Source: the human T2T-CHM13v2.0 reference genome, Homo sapiens. From it: DNA of 64,000 nucleotides. Position numbers and translations under genes: made by a program. Shown piece by piece: positions 44,216 to 55,746 of this stretch; within the stretch, counting starts at the first letter, position 1; each line of letters starts with the position of its first letter. Location: assembly GCF_009914755.1 (NCBI RefSeq), contig NC_060927.1; one strand, given 5' to 3'. The notes beneath the pieces were generated by a model. The model did not search any database and had not been told where the DNA came from. It saw only the letters and a program-made list of their open reading frames with translations.

Positions 44216-45807
44216 TGAGCCGCAGCCCGCAGCGAGCTCTGCCCCCGGGCGCGCTCCCTCGGCTGCTCCAGGCTGCGCCTGCAGCCGCGCCGCGTGCCCT
44301 GCTCCCGCAGTGGCCCCGGCGCCCAGGACGCCGCTGGCCCGCGTCCCCTCTCGGAATGAAGGTGTTCCGTAGGAAGGCGCTGGTGTTGTGCGCGGGCTAT
44401 GCACTGCTGCTGGTGCTCACTATGCTCAACCTCCTGGACTACAAGTGGCACAAGGAGCCGCTGCAGCAGTGCAACCCCGATGGGCCGCTGGGTGCCGCAG
44501 CGGGGGCAGCCGGAGGCAGCTGGGGGCGCCCAGGGCCGCCTCCGGCCGGGCCGCCCCGTGCTCATGCCCGTTTGGACCTCCGCACTCCTTACCGCCCTCC
44601 CGCTGCCGCCGTCGGGGCGGCTCCTGCAGCCGCGGCAGGGATGGCGGGGGTTGCGGCCCCTCCAGGCAATGGCACTCGGGGCACCGGGGGCGTCGGGGAC
44701 AAGCGGCAGCTGGTGTACGTGTTCACCACGTGGCGCTCTGGCTCGTCGTTCTTCGGCGAGCTATTCAACCAGAATCCCGAGGTGTTCTTTCTCTACGAGC
44801 CAGTGTGGCATGTATGGCAAAAACTGTATCCGGGGGACGCCGTTTCCCTGCAGGGGGCAGCGCGGGACATGCTGAGCGCTCTTTACCGCTGCGACCTCTC
44901 TGTCTTCCAGTTGTATAGCCCCGCGGGCAGCGGGGGGCGCAACCTCACCACGCTGGGCATCTTCGGCGCAGCCACCAACAAGGTGGTGTGCTCGTCACCA
45001 CTCTGCCCCGCCTACCGCAAGGAGGTCGTGGGGTTGGTGGACGACCGCGTGTGCAAGAAGTGCCCGCCACAGCGCCTGGCGCGTTTCGAGGAGGAGTGCC
45101 GCAAGTACCGCACACTAGTCATAAAGGGTGTGCGCGTCTTCGACGTGGCGGTCTTGGCGCCACTGCTGCGAGACCCGGCCCTGGACCTCAAGGTCATCCA
45201 CTTGGTGCGTGATCCCCGCGCGGTGGCGAGTTCACGGATCCGCTCGCGCCACGGCCTCATCCGTGAGAGCCTACAGGTGGTGCGCAGCCGAGACCCGCGA
45301 GCTCACCGCATGCCCTTCTTGGAGGCCGCGGGCCACAAGCTTGGCGCCAAGAAGGAGGGCGTGGGCGGCCCCGCAGACTACCACGCTCTGGGCGCTATGG
45401 AGGTCATCTGCAATAGTATGGCTAAGACGCTGCAGACAGCCCTGCAGCCCCCTGACTGGCTGCAGGGCCACTACCTGGTGGTGCGGTACGAGGACCTGGT
45501 GGGAGACCCCGTCAAGACACTACGGAGAGTGTACGATTTTGTGGGACTGTTGGTGAGCCCCGAAATGGAGCAGTTTGCCCTGAACATGACCAGTGGCTCG
45601 GGCTCCTCCTCCAAGCCTTTCGTGGTATCTGCACGCAATGCCACGCAGGCCGCCAATGCCTGGCGGACCGCCCTCACCTTCCAGCAGATCAAACAGGTGG
45701 AGGAGTTTTGCTACCAGCCCATGGCCGTCCTGGGCTATGAGCGGGTCAACAGCCCTGAGGAGGTCAAAGACCTCAGCAAGACCCTGCTTCGGAAGCCCCG
45801 TCTCTAA
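44215..45807 (+). CDS. CHST2: Carbohydrate sulfotransferase 2 (GlcNAc-6-O-sulfotransferase 1), 530 aa, type II Golgi membrane protein
   Basis: Single-exon ORF MSRSPQRALPP...LLRKPRL (first ATG 44215; the track starts at an upstream GTG); TM segment ALVLCAGYALLLVLTMLNLL; 5'-PSB motif TTWRSGSSFFGE, FLYEP and 3'-PB motif RDPRAVASS; sequons NGT/NLT/NMT/NAT; in-frame Met48 at 44356 gives 483 aa. Confidence 0.98.
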   Translation: MSRSPQRALPPGALPRLLQAAPAAAPRALLPQWPRRPGRRWPASPLGMKVFRRKALVLCAGYALLLVLTMLNLLDYKWHKEPLQQCNPDGPLGAAAGAAGGSWGRPGPPPAGPPRAHARLDLRTPYRPPAAAVGAAPAAAAGMAGVAAPPGNGTRGTGGVGDKRQLVYVFTTWRSGSSFFGELFNQNPEVFFLYEPVWHVWQKLYPGDAVSLQGAARDMLSALYRCDLSVFQLYSPAGSGGRNLTTLGIFGAATNKVVCSSPLCPAYRKEVVGLVDDRVCKKCPPQRLARFEEECRKYRTLVIKGVRVFDVAVLAPLLRDPALDLKVIHLVRDPRAVASSRIRSRHGLIRESLQVVRSRDPRAHRMPFLEAAGHKLGAKKEGVGGPADYHALGAMEVICNSMAKTLQTALQPPDWLQGHYLVVRYEDLVGDPVKTLRRVYDFVGLLVSPEMEQFALNMTSGSGSSSKPFVVSARNATQAANAWRTALTFQQIKQVEEFCYQPMAVLGYERVNSPEEVKDLSKTLLRKPRL

Positions 45808-46335
45808 AAGGGGTTCCCAGGAGACCTGATTCCCTGTGGTGATACCTATAAAGAGGATCGTAGTGTGTTTAAATAAACACAGTCCAGACTCAAACGGAGG
45901 AAGCCCACATATTCTATTATAGATATATAAATAATCACACACACACTTGCTGTCAATGTTTTGAGTCAGTGCATTTCAAGGAACAGCCACAAAATACACA
46001 CCCCTAAGAAAAGGCAAGACTTGAACGTTCTGACCAGGTGCCCCTCTTCTTCTTTGCCTTCTCTTGTCCTCTTTCTCCTATTTCTTACCCTGTCCTCCAC
46101 CTGCCTTCCATTTTGAAGTGGGATGTTAATGAAATCAAGTTCCAGTAACCCAAATCTTGTTTACAAAATATTCGTGGTATCTGTGAACATGTTAAGAGTA
46201 ATTTGGATGTGGGGGTGGGGGTGGAGAAAGGGGAAGTGGTCCAGAAACAAAAAGCCCCATTGGGCATGATAAGCCGAGGAGGCATTCTTCTAAAGCAGAC
46301 TTTTGTGTAAAAAGCAAAGGTTACATGTGAGTATT

Positions 46336-46353
46336 AATAAAGAAGATAATAAA
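46336..46353 (+). terminator. CHST2: Tandem AATAAA poly(A) signals (proximal site)
   Basis: AATAAA at 46336-46341 and 46348-46353, followed by U/GU-rich sequence; another AATAAA at 45872. Confidence 0.7.
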
Positions 46354-47385
46354 TAATATTCTTTTTAATATTTGCCTCCATTACTTTGGATTCACCTGTG
46401 TTACTTGTCCTCAGCTTCAGATAGAATCTCCTTCCCCTCCCTCGTTTCCATTTTTCCAGTCTCTTTCCTGAAAGGCAGCTAAACTGGGTGGGAGCAATTT
46501 TTGCCTCCTTGGTAATAACCTGGGGGATGTTTTCTCACATGTAAATCTCAGCCTGTTAGGTGTCCAGGAGTGAAACACATCTTTGTATTCTAAAGGCAGA
46601 AACCAAACAGGGCAGTGGAAGAAAAAGCACACTACTCTCTTCAACTTTGAACACAGGAAGAAGCAACTCCTTCAGGACTTGAAGGCATTTGGTTTTTCAT
46701 TCCTCTTCAGTTAAAATGGGGAACCTTGAAGCAGAGACCAATGTTTTGGTGCTGAGGCTGGTTCAGAAAAAGGATTTTTAAAAAAAGTATGTAATTTTTA
46801 AAAGTTCTGATGATTAGAACACAGACCTCAGGAAAGTAGCGTGAACATACTGCTGGCGATGGTAGCAGCTTCGTTGGTTTAGCAAAGTGACAGAAGTATC
46901 TATTTGGAGTGTTTTTCTGACCCTGACACGGTATGTGGAGGTGGATGAAAGCAGCGAAGTTTCATCTGAGAACCGTAAGGGTTTTCCCTTTTCTTACTTG
47001 CTTCCCATTTAAATCAGTGCAAGAGAGAATATGAATTTATAATGCTTTACTTGGGATGCCTGTGGAATATGTTGCTTTTCTTTATCATGTTTCCTAAAAG
47101 TAAATTTGCAAAGAAAGTAACATGCTGCAGACAGTATAAGGCTTCAGCCAAGAGCTTCTTTTAGATATGATAATGAATTGTGGTAAAGAGGAAATGAAAA
47201 TGAACTAGTGTGTAGGATTTTGAAATTTGGTATTTTCCAGGGAGAAAACCGTTACATTTTCCTGTAGTGGTTATGATGTTGTGTCCTGAACCCATTTGGT
47301 ACTGAAACATTCTGCAGAATGTTATACTATGAGAAGAAATTGTGAAGCCCAAATGGGAACAAGAGACAGTGTAGTTGTATATGAC

Positions 47386-47391
47386 AGTAAA
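47386..47391 (+). terminator. CHST2: Variant AGTAAA poly(A) signal (candidate distal site)
   Basis: Two upstream TGTA motifs (47370-47379) and a downstream U-rich tract (ggttttatttcactgtgatttttt); a further AATAAA at 47939. Confidence 0.45.
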
Positions 47392-49267
47392 TACAGTACA
47401 AGTTCACTATCATCATGGTTTTATTTCACTGTGATTTTTTATGAGATCTCTGAAAGCCAACATGCATAGGTTAAATGCTGAGAATTTTATTTTAGGGAAA
47501 AGATGATAAAAATAATCTGTACGTGGGGAATATTTTAACACACAATGATTCTTAAGTATAATTACCATTGCAATACAAAATCTAGCTACGCTGGTAAGAA
47601 TTCCAAGGTAAAGAAGCATAAAGGTTTAAAAAGGGGTATATTTAGAAATGGATTTTATAACACAATCTAGAATGCTTATTTCTTAATTTACTAAAATAGT
47701 TTTTAGTATTGTGTTTCTGAAGCCAGATTACATCTATAATACATTGATCATGTTTTCCATATTTTTGTGGTAGTGCCTATGCTGAATTAGCTTCACCAGC
47801 AGTAGAATATTTGTAATAGATTTAATTTAAGAATACTTTAAAGTTAAATGAACAAAATAAATACTAATATTGGATGGCTATAGATGAAACAGATTTAACA
47901 GGAAATTAAGAGAGCAGCATTAAAAAGCAACCACTCTGAATAAAATAACCATTTATAAACAAATTTTGTGTGGCATTAGAATCAGCTCTTAACAATTGCG
48001 GTGAAATTCATGCCTAGTTGTTGAGTGAAGGATTTTCAAGCAGTGAATTCATTCTTCTTTCAGCTTATCTAAGGACTTGGACTGTGTTAAAGTAGAATTA
48101 TGATGTTTTGGATCTTGTATTTAAAACAATATTAGATGCTAGATAGAGCCTTTGCAGCTGGCAGAGCATTTGTGGCCTCTGCTCAGATGAAATTTTAAGC
48201 TAAACACCAACAGATCCTCTGCTTGCTCTGTTTGAACAGGGTTTCCGTTCGTAATCTTGTTTTGTAGCAGCTGCATTCTCTCCACTCTGCCACTCCTGTG
48301 CTCTGTAATTTGAAAAGGTGAATTGTTGCTCCTGGAGATTTGTACCTAGCTGCCTTCTAGGAAAGTGAGACAGGTGGTGTTCCCACTAAGGGCTGAGCTA
48401 GTCATATCAGTGACATTCAGCTTCCGAAGGTTTGAGAAGGAGAGAGAAGAATTTTTGGCGTTAACAAGCTTCTGTCAACCCCTAGTGCAAGCAGACCTGT
48501 GCTATGACAAATTGCAACAGAGCCTGTGACCATTCTTGAGGCAGCAAATATGAACGAGATCCTTTCACATTTCCCAAGCTGGCAATATGTCCGTCAGCAA
48601 GAGAAAATATTCTTTAGAGCAGGTTGTCAGAGTGATTTTCATTTTCAAATTCTGCTCAATGATAGCACTCCTTACTTACCGCTTGGCTTTGGAATGCCTT
48701 TGTTAATGAGTAAGCTGTATTTATAAAACAAAGTTTACCCAGTGCGTTTAGTCAACAAATTTGAGTTTGGAACAAGGCAGAGGCACAGGCTGGGGGCTTA
48801 AATTTCAAGGAGCTCAGAGCCACTCAAAGACCTCATTCAGACTGACAGTGGATACCTTGCAGGCAGGGGCCAGAGCAAATCTATACCCTTCAGTGTCCAC
48901 CACATAGTGCATGATAAATATTTATTAAATAAGTGAATGAAATATGCAACTATCAAATTTTGAAAATACTTGGAAGGGAGAGAGTGGAAGAGTGTATTAC
49001 CTGTGTGGGGAAAATGCCAGCCTGTTCAGTAAAGTTTGCTGAAGGAAATAAGCCATAGGCTCTATTTAGATGTGGGGAGTGAGCAATAGGAATATCTTCA
49101 AGATTTCCAGGGCAACTGTTTATAGACTATTTCCCAGCGATGAATTAGAGAAAAAATGCACAATTTCTAAATGTGGAGAGGTAAATGTTTCAAAGTAAGG
49201 AATTTGATTGTTACTGTTTTCCCACTTGCATGAACACCATAAGGGCGGGGATCAGAACAAACCTGCA

Positions 49268-49515
49268 GAGCAGATGTTGTCCAGGGGTCTCAGGGAGGGC
49301 TAAAAAGCTATTTATTTTTGCAGAAGTCATGTGGCACTTATTGTTTTGAGTGCTGCAAATGTGTAGTTTGATGGACTGTGATGGAGCAAATGTTGTCCAG
49401 GGGTCTAAGGGAGGGCTAAAAAGCTGCTTTTTTTTTTTTTTTTTTTTTTTTGCAGAAGTCATGTGGCACTTATTGTTTTGAGTGCTGTGAATGTGTAGTT
49501 TGATGGACTGTGATG
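49268..49515. repeat. ~116-bp tandem duplication; copy 2 has an expanded poly-T
   Basis: Copy 1 49268-49383 and copy 2 49384-49515 are near-identical apart from the T-run. Confidence 0.95.
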
Positions 49516-49517
49516 TG

Positions 49518-49598
49518 TTAGGTTGGTGCAAGCGTGATTGTGGTTTTTGTCATTGAAAGTAATGGTAAAAAACTGCAATTACATTTGCACCCACCTAA
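49518..49598. mobile_element. MADE1 (Hsmar1-derived MITE), palindromic
   Basis: ttaggttggtgcaa ... ttgcacccacctaa inverted termini, ~80 bp, TA on the right flank. Confidence 0.92.
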
Positions 49599-50857
49599 TA
49601 GATTTTCTGCAGGTGTAGGGATGGTTACTTTCAGGAAGTTTGTCCTATTGTGGATGCTGAGCGAGACAATGGCTGCCTGTTCCCATACATTCCCTGCTTG
49701 GCCACAGCCAGTTTTGTCCAGGATTTCTGTTGTACACAGTACAGTTGCAGCTGGATTATGTGATTGGTTTGAAATTAATGTGAATTTGGGGGAGGCTATT
49801 AAATATTCCCTAGGTCTTGAAACGCAGACTCTAGAGATGACTCTAGGAAGAGCAAGAGGGAAATGAAAAGCGTGTCTCATCATGTAGGCATGGTAAATAA
49901 GGACAAGGTGTCACTTTACCATCCTCCTCCAACTTTCTTTCTTCCCTACACACAACACACATGCACACACACATACAATTGAGTTTCTGCATCGTCTTGA
50001 AGAGATCTGGATGAGAGAATGTTCTAATCCCAGCTAACAGATGCGTGGTGAGGCACACTTTTGATCTCAGGCTTCTGGAGAGTGAGTGGTCGGCCAATTG
50101 TTATATTAGAAAGCTTGACAGTTCTGCGTCAGGATCCAATGGGGATAGGTAGAAAATGACAATCACAATTTGAGGAATGACTTGAGGTGTGTGATGGGAT
50201 GTCCTGAGGTAAATGCGCAGTTTATAGACCCCTTTTGTCCTTCACCTTGAGGAAACCCTTTTCAAATCTGTCACAGCTAAGAAAACAATTCATTCAGACA
50301 CTTTCCCTGCTTTCTGTACATTCAGTTGCTACTTTTGCAGTTCAAGTATGAGCCACTGAGCTGCTCAGGTACAGGCTTTGGTACAAGTATTTAATAATTG
50401 AAATTACAGGGCTTGGCTTTTATTACATCTGATGCAATTCTGCACATCCTTAATCAAATTATGCTAAGAAAATGTTGAACTTTGCATAACACATTAAGTT
50501 TATAGAATTGGAAACTGTATGAACCAGTGTTTGGGGTAGGGGGTGCTGGTATTGTTTCTAAATGAAGGAGCTTTGAAGGAGCAGGAGCCTGTCTGTACAC
50601 ATGGTAACAGGATGATAAAGGATGGCCAAGGATAAACCTTAACTTTTGGTCAAACCAGTTATCTGTAATCAAATATCAAAAGTATTTTTGGGCTGCTTGA
50701 ACTTTTAGGTTGGTAATAGTCACCCTACCAAGTGAATGGCAATGAAAATGATCACTGGGGCTAAAAGCTGTACTCAGAACCAGTCTGTAATGGCTCCCAT
50801 CCCAGGTGTAAAGACAGGGCTTGATAGAAATTCACCTTGAGGCAGTTAGTCTTCTAG

Positions 50858-51036
50858 ACAGGATCAACTACATAATTTGCAGGGCTCCGTGCAAAATGAA
50901 AATGCAATGCCGTTGTTGAAAAAACAATTAAGCCTTTCAAGATGGCAGCAGCACAGAATGAAACCAAGTTTGGGGTCCTTCTGAGTGGGGGGCCCTGTGT
51001 AACTGTGCAGGTTGTATATCCCTGAAGCTGGCCCTG
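50858..51036. mobile_element. MER91-like hAT DNA transposon
   Basis: ctacataatttgcagggctccgtgcaaaatgaaaatg ... gggccctgtgtaactgtgcagg ... tgaagctggccctg. Confidence 0.7.
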
Positions 51037-52614
51037 TTTCCAGATGCAGAGGATGAAATGCCTGGCTATAGGAGACAGCAAATAATGGTGTCCTACAAGT
51101 TCTCGGAAAATGAGTGCAAAGGTATGAGTTATTGTGGGTAACTATAATGAAAGCAAAGACAAGCAAGCGCACTTTGCATGATGGAATTCCAAAGAGGTCA
51201 GTGCATACATGACAAACAATCCTTGATGATTGCAGCAAGAGATTGACAGTGCCCCCTCAATCATTGGTTGGGCTTGAGAACACTCAGAACTGATCCGGCT
51301 GGAGGCTGAGAGAGCGTGTGTTGTTCCTGGGATTCCTCTCAGAAGAACAGGTCAGATGTCTTGCATGAGGATGAAGAACATGGTGTCCTTGTCCTCTGGC
51401 TGTTCCCTTCTGTAACTTTTGTAGGGCTCTCCCTTGATTTGCGTAGTATGTAATAGAGACAGAAAGTCTATGCATGGAAAAGCAAAAGGTCAAGTCACAA
51501 TAAGGTCAAGGAGTAAATGTACAAGATGTGCTAAACAAACTGATATACCTCTTTATTATGTTAAGTATAGTCAGCTAAGTTTTTTTATTGTAGGCTTGAT
51601 ATGTCCCATTTTCCTCTGAATAACTTCTCCACGCTCTCTACTGCACCCCCTGCCTCCCATTTCTTCTCCACTTTGTGAATCTCATTATTAAGACCCTGGA
51701 TCTTTTTGAAACTTTTATTCATCAGCCCTGCTCCAAGATGCAGAAATGCCTTTCTGTCCTGTTATTCCTCCGACTGCCTCCTGCATAGATCTGTCAGTGT
51801 GTGCTGCTACAGATTGGAATTGTTTGTTTATAGGCCCGTTTCCTCTCTTGTCCTGGACTTCATATGTATGGGGCAGACAGAAGCTGAAAAAGCAAGGCAA
51901 ATTAATATAGACAAAAAGGAATACCAAATAATGCCCATGGAAGGCCTCAAATGTTTTTCCACATTAATGTTTGAAAGAGAAACAAACAAACTGAAGGCCC
52001 CAAACGAAAGGTAACAACTGAATTACAGTCCAACACATTTTTTGAGTTGAATAGGAAAATGTATTACGGTCATGTTGGCTGAGGCTGTATTTGTTTTTGA
52101 CATGTAGAGGTCATGGCCAGTATGATCATCTTTTAACCATTTCAGGAACTGAAAAATTTTTCAGAAACAATGTAGAAGTCTAAATATTACATTTCCATTT
52201 TCAGATGTCCCAGTTGCTCTGGCAAGCTCCCAGTCTTTCTATGAATGAACTAGCTCCTGGGAGGAATTAAAATGTTTCATTTCTCATATTGGTGCTCAGT
52301 ATTTTTACATGAAGGATGCTGTTACATTATTCCTCTCTAAAGGAAAATAGGAATGAGAACATATCTTCTTTCTGAGATAATAACATTCATATCAATTGTT
52401 TTTAGTCCTGTTATTTAACCAGACCTACTTGCTGGTGAGACCAGTATTCTCCCAAGGATGTGAGTTCTGAGTTCACATTATTTAGGTTAAATCTTTACTT
52501 CACATAGTTTCTCATTTATATTTTCACATTTCCCAAGTGACTTCATGTGCTGTGCTCTTTATAACTTTCTATCACCATTTTCATTTCACTTTCAAATGCC
52601 CTAAATAGCAAGAA

Positions 52615-52780
52615 TGATGATGTGCCAGTCACTGTGCAAAGCATTTTATAAGTGTGATTCCATTGGATTCTCATCACGATTCTGTGAAATAGGTATCATT
52701 ATGGTCCCCATTTTACAGAAGGGCATATAGAAGGTTCACATGGGTAATTTTCCTAAGGTCACACAGCTAGTGCATGGCAA
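52615..52780. mobile_element. MIR SINE
   Basis: tgtgaaataggtatcattatggtccccattttacagaag ... aaggtcacacagctagt. Confidence 0.8.
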
Positions 52781-54064
52781 AGTCTCTTTCTTTTTGCTTG
52801 GTACATCAGAGACTACCCTGTTTCCATTTAAGGCATACCAACAAAATAGCAAACCCTTTTTGTCCCAGTCAGTGCTTTCTGAGAAACTCATCCTATGGCA
52901 TTATGCCTTCAGACAAGGAGCAAGTGTTTTCGGTATCTTTAGAGATGCATTTTTGTGCAGCAGAAAAAAAAAAATTGTTAGTTTAAGTGCCTTTGGCCAA
53001 AATTCCTCTTAGAATGACTTTTGTTTAGGAAAACACTGTCCTAGGCTGTTTTAGTGGTGGAAACAAGCTCTGTAAAGAACCCAAACAGGAAATTTGGGGG
53101 TTGCGGGAAAGAGCTTGAAAGGAGAGGGGAAGAGGTAAAGGGTGGAATAACAGGGAACAAACAAGACAGGATACTGGAGACCAAGAGGGGAGATCACAAT
53201 GGCTCTCCCCAGAAGAGAAGAGAATGGCCAATGACTGGAAGAGCCAGGGCCCACGGTGGAATTGTTTGCTCAATTGTGCTGCCGTATAGTCACCTTGGTT
53301 TCCCCAAACCTCAAGTAAAGGTTTCCACATGCCTAGCCTTTAGTGAGTGGTGCTTTGAAAGTTGAAGGGATCAAGGTAGTGACAAATGGGATGACGTGGG
53401 GCAAAAACATGCCAGTTCCTACAAGGAGGTGAAAGGTAGGCGAATGCAAATTCACGGAAAGGAAATCTGGAGGTAGAGTTGGTCCATGGAAGTGTTGGTT
53501 TACCCCAAGAGGTGTCTGGGAGGGAGAAAAGTTTCTCCCCAACTGTGAGATGATGATTCTAGGCAATCTTGTTTAAATTTTACAGGACAAGGTGGCCTCA
53601 TCAAAGCTTAAGGAGCAGGGCGTGTCCAGGAGGCTAATACATGGCTTGCAACTCTAAAGGCTGCACAGGCAGGACTCAGTGAGCAGGTGGAGATGTAGCA
53701 AAGTTAGGAAATGTTGGCATGCCATAAAAGCTGTGTGATAGTGTCAGCTCAGTCATTTACAAGTGTGGAAGCTGAGGTGCAGAAAGGCTGAATGATGTAC
53801 TCAGTGTCCCATTCCTAGTTAGAGAAAGAGCACAAACTAGAAATTACAGCCTCTGATTCCCAGTCCAGAGCTCTCTGACATGCTCTCACCCTGAGACTTT
53901 TTATTTCCTTGGTTCCTACCAGTCTTTTGGTCATTCCAGTATTTATCAATGTCTTTACAGAATGTCTGGGGATCAAAGAAGAAGTGCCCTTTGGGATTCT
54001 CCTCAAACTTTAGTAGGAGATGAGGTTGAAACTAAAGCAGACAGCTGAATAGGGTGGTCTGAGA

Positions 54065-54500
54065 GTGTTAGTTCAGGTTTTTTGGTGCAAAACGGACTCA
54101 ACTAGATTGAGAAAATCAGGAAATTAGCTGGAAAAGATGGGAAAGCCCACACAATTGGAAGAACAGTTGAAGAACCAGGTGGGATATTCTGGTTTCCTCC
54201 CTCCCTCCCCAATCCCTCCATCCCTGCCCTCCCTCTTCCTTCCGTGTTTCTTTCCCCTTCCTCCTTCCCTCTCTTTCTTTGTTGTATTTCACACATTTAG
54301 AATTCAAAGTCCTGGAAGAGAGAGTTGGATCAGCTGAGGCTGGGTCAGGTGTTTGTGCCTTGGCACCTGAGCAAGCTACCTTGACTGATAGTCTCACCAA
54401 TCTGCACACAATGTGGGCAAGTGATTTTTCACAAGAAAATCAGGCTGCAATGATCAAAAGTAGGGGAAGTGCATGCCAGGTGGTCTTAACCAATAAATGT
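54065..54500. mobile_element. Old MLT1-type LTR
   Basis: gttagttcaggttttttggtgcaaaacggactcaactag ... gaggctgggtcaggtgtttgtgcc. Confidence 0.45.
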
Positions 54501-54840
54501 CTTCTGTATTCATTAATATACTTTACTATTATTCTCCTGCTACGTTGACTAATTGGGGGTTATTTTCTTTAGAGTCCACTACATACAAGGTTTTTCACTC
54601 TGCATTGCTATGTTAAAATGTGGGCAGAGATGTGCCTCAGTAGTTAATTGGGCCACCATGCTTGTTGGATATAAATAAGACCATTCACTTACTTAGCCTT
54701 AAGTAATGCAGATAAATGGGACACCAGATGGAATTCATGTAGTGAAATTCATGCAGATACTGTATTTTATGATATGCCTTCTTTCAGGGTTTAATGATCA
54801 TGCCGCCTTATACTTTTATAATGCTTCGTAAGTTTAACAA

Positions 54841-55343
54841 GTACAGCAGATATTGCTGATTTCCCACCCACTGCCCATTCTCCCCTTCTTTCTTATTCGT
54901 AGAACCTTGATTTTGTTCAGGGAGGCAATATGCTCAGCTAAAAATATTTCCCAGTTTCCCTTGTAGGTAGGAATGATCATGTGACAGCCAATGAGATGTA
55001 AATGGAATTCTGCTGGGGATATCTGGGTAAGTTTTATATATCTGATATAGGCAGAACTTTTTCTTGCCTGTTTTGTCCTTTTTCTTTCCTTTTTTTTTTT
55101 CTGGCTGGTCTGCAGATTGAGTATGGAAGTGGGGCCTCTACCTTGTGACTGAGAGGGAGCCAGGGAGTAAAAGCTGCTTGCAGAAAGAGGAGCCAGGGAT
55201 ATTGATGACATCATGAAGCCACTTCATCAGCGTGGACCACTGGTCTCCAGAATACCTATGATGTGGGAACAATAAACACTTACTTGTTTAAGCTGTTGCT
55301 GCCGACTTTGTTACTCACAGCCAAGTACAGTCCTAATGGATAC
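54841..55343 (+). mobile_element. ERVL LTR33/LTR16-like LTR
   Basis: cccattctccccttctttc ... atttcccagtttcccttgtaggtagg ... catgtgacagccaatgagatg ... aataaacacttacttgtttaagc ... cctaatggataca. Confidence 0.65.
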
Positions 55344-55525
55344 AGCAAATATTCTCATTAATATTTTATTAGATCATTTGAAACTTATGATTACTGGGCA
55401 GAAATAGGATTATGATCTTTCTCTTATAGAAGAAGCTGAAACTCAGAAGCTAAGTGACTTGCTCAAGGTCACAGAATATGGTATGTATCAGATTTGATGC
55501 CCAATTTAGTGCTCTTTCTACTCAG

Positions 55526-55746
55526 CCAGTGGTTCTCAGCTGGGTGTGGGACGGTCCCTGCAATCTGGTTGGGGGAAAGATTGGGAGACAGCCTTTGGAA
55601 TTTTTTTTTTTCCATGACTAGGGAATGGGACTGGCATTTAGTGGGCTGGAAGCAATAATGCTGAATGTTCTGCCTTGCTGAGGACAGTCCCACATAATGA
55701 ATTGTCCTGCTCCAAATGTTAATAGTGGTCCCCTTGAGAAATACCG
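55526..55746. mobile_element. MER20-family hAT MITE
   Basis: cagtggttctca ... ctggcatttagtggg ... aggacagtcccacataatgaattgtcctgctccaaatgttaatagtg ... ttgagaaa. Confidence 0.7.

Larger units (their letters stand above)
42380..45800. promoter_or_regulatory. CpG island spanning the CHST2 promoter, 5'UTR and CDS
   Basis: Very high GC and CpG density against CpG-depleted flanks; GC boxes (GGGGCGGGG) at 43062-43077; TATA-like TTAAATA at 43285-43291 and CATATAAG at 43592-43599; TSS cannot be fixed from sequence alone. Confidence 0.93.

Noticed and set aside
43369-44565. 398-aa minus-strand ORF antisense to CHST2
   Set aside because: Low-complexity R/P/G/A sequence with no domain; expected from stop-codon scarcity in a CpG island.
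45796-45807. C-terminal -PRL resembling a peroxisomal PTS1
   Set aside because: The C-terminus of this type II Golgi enzyme is lumenal and not accessible to PEX5.
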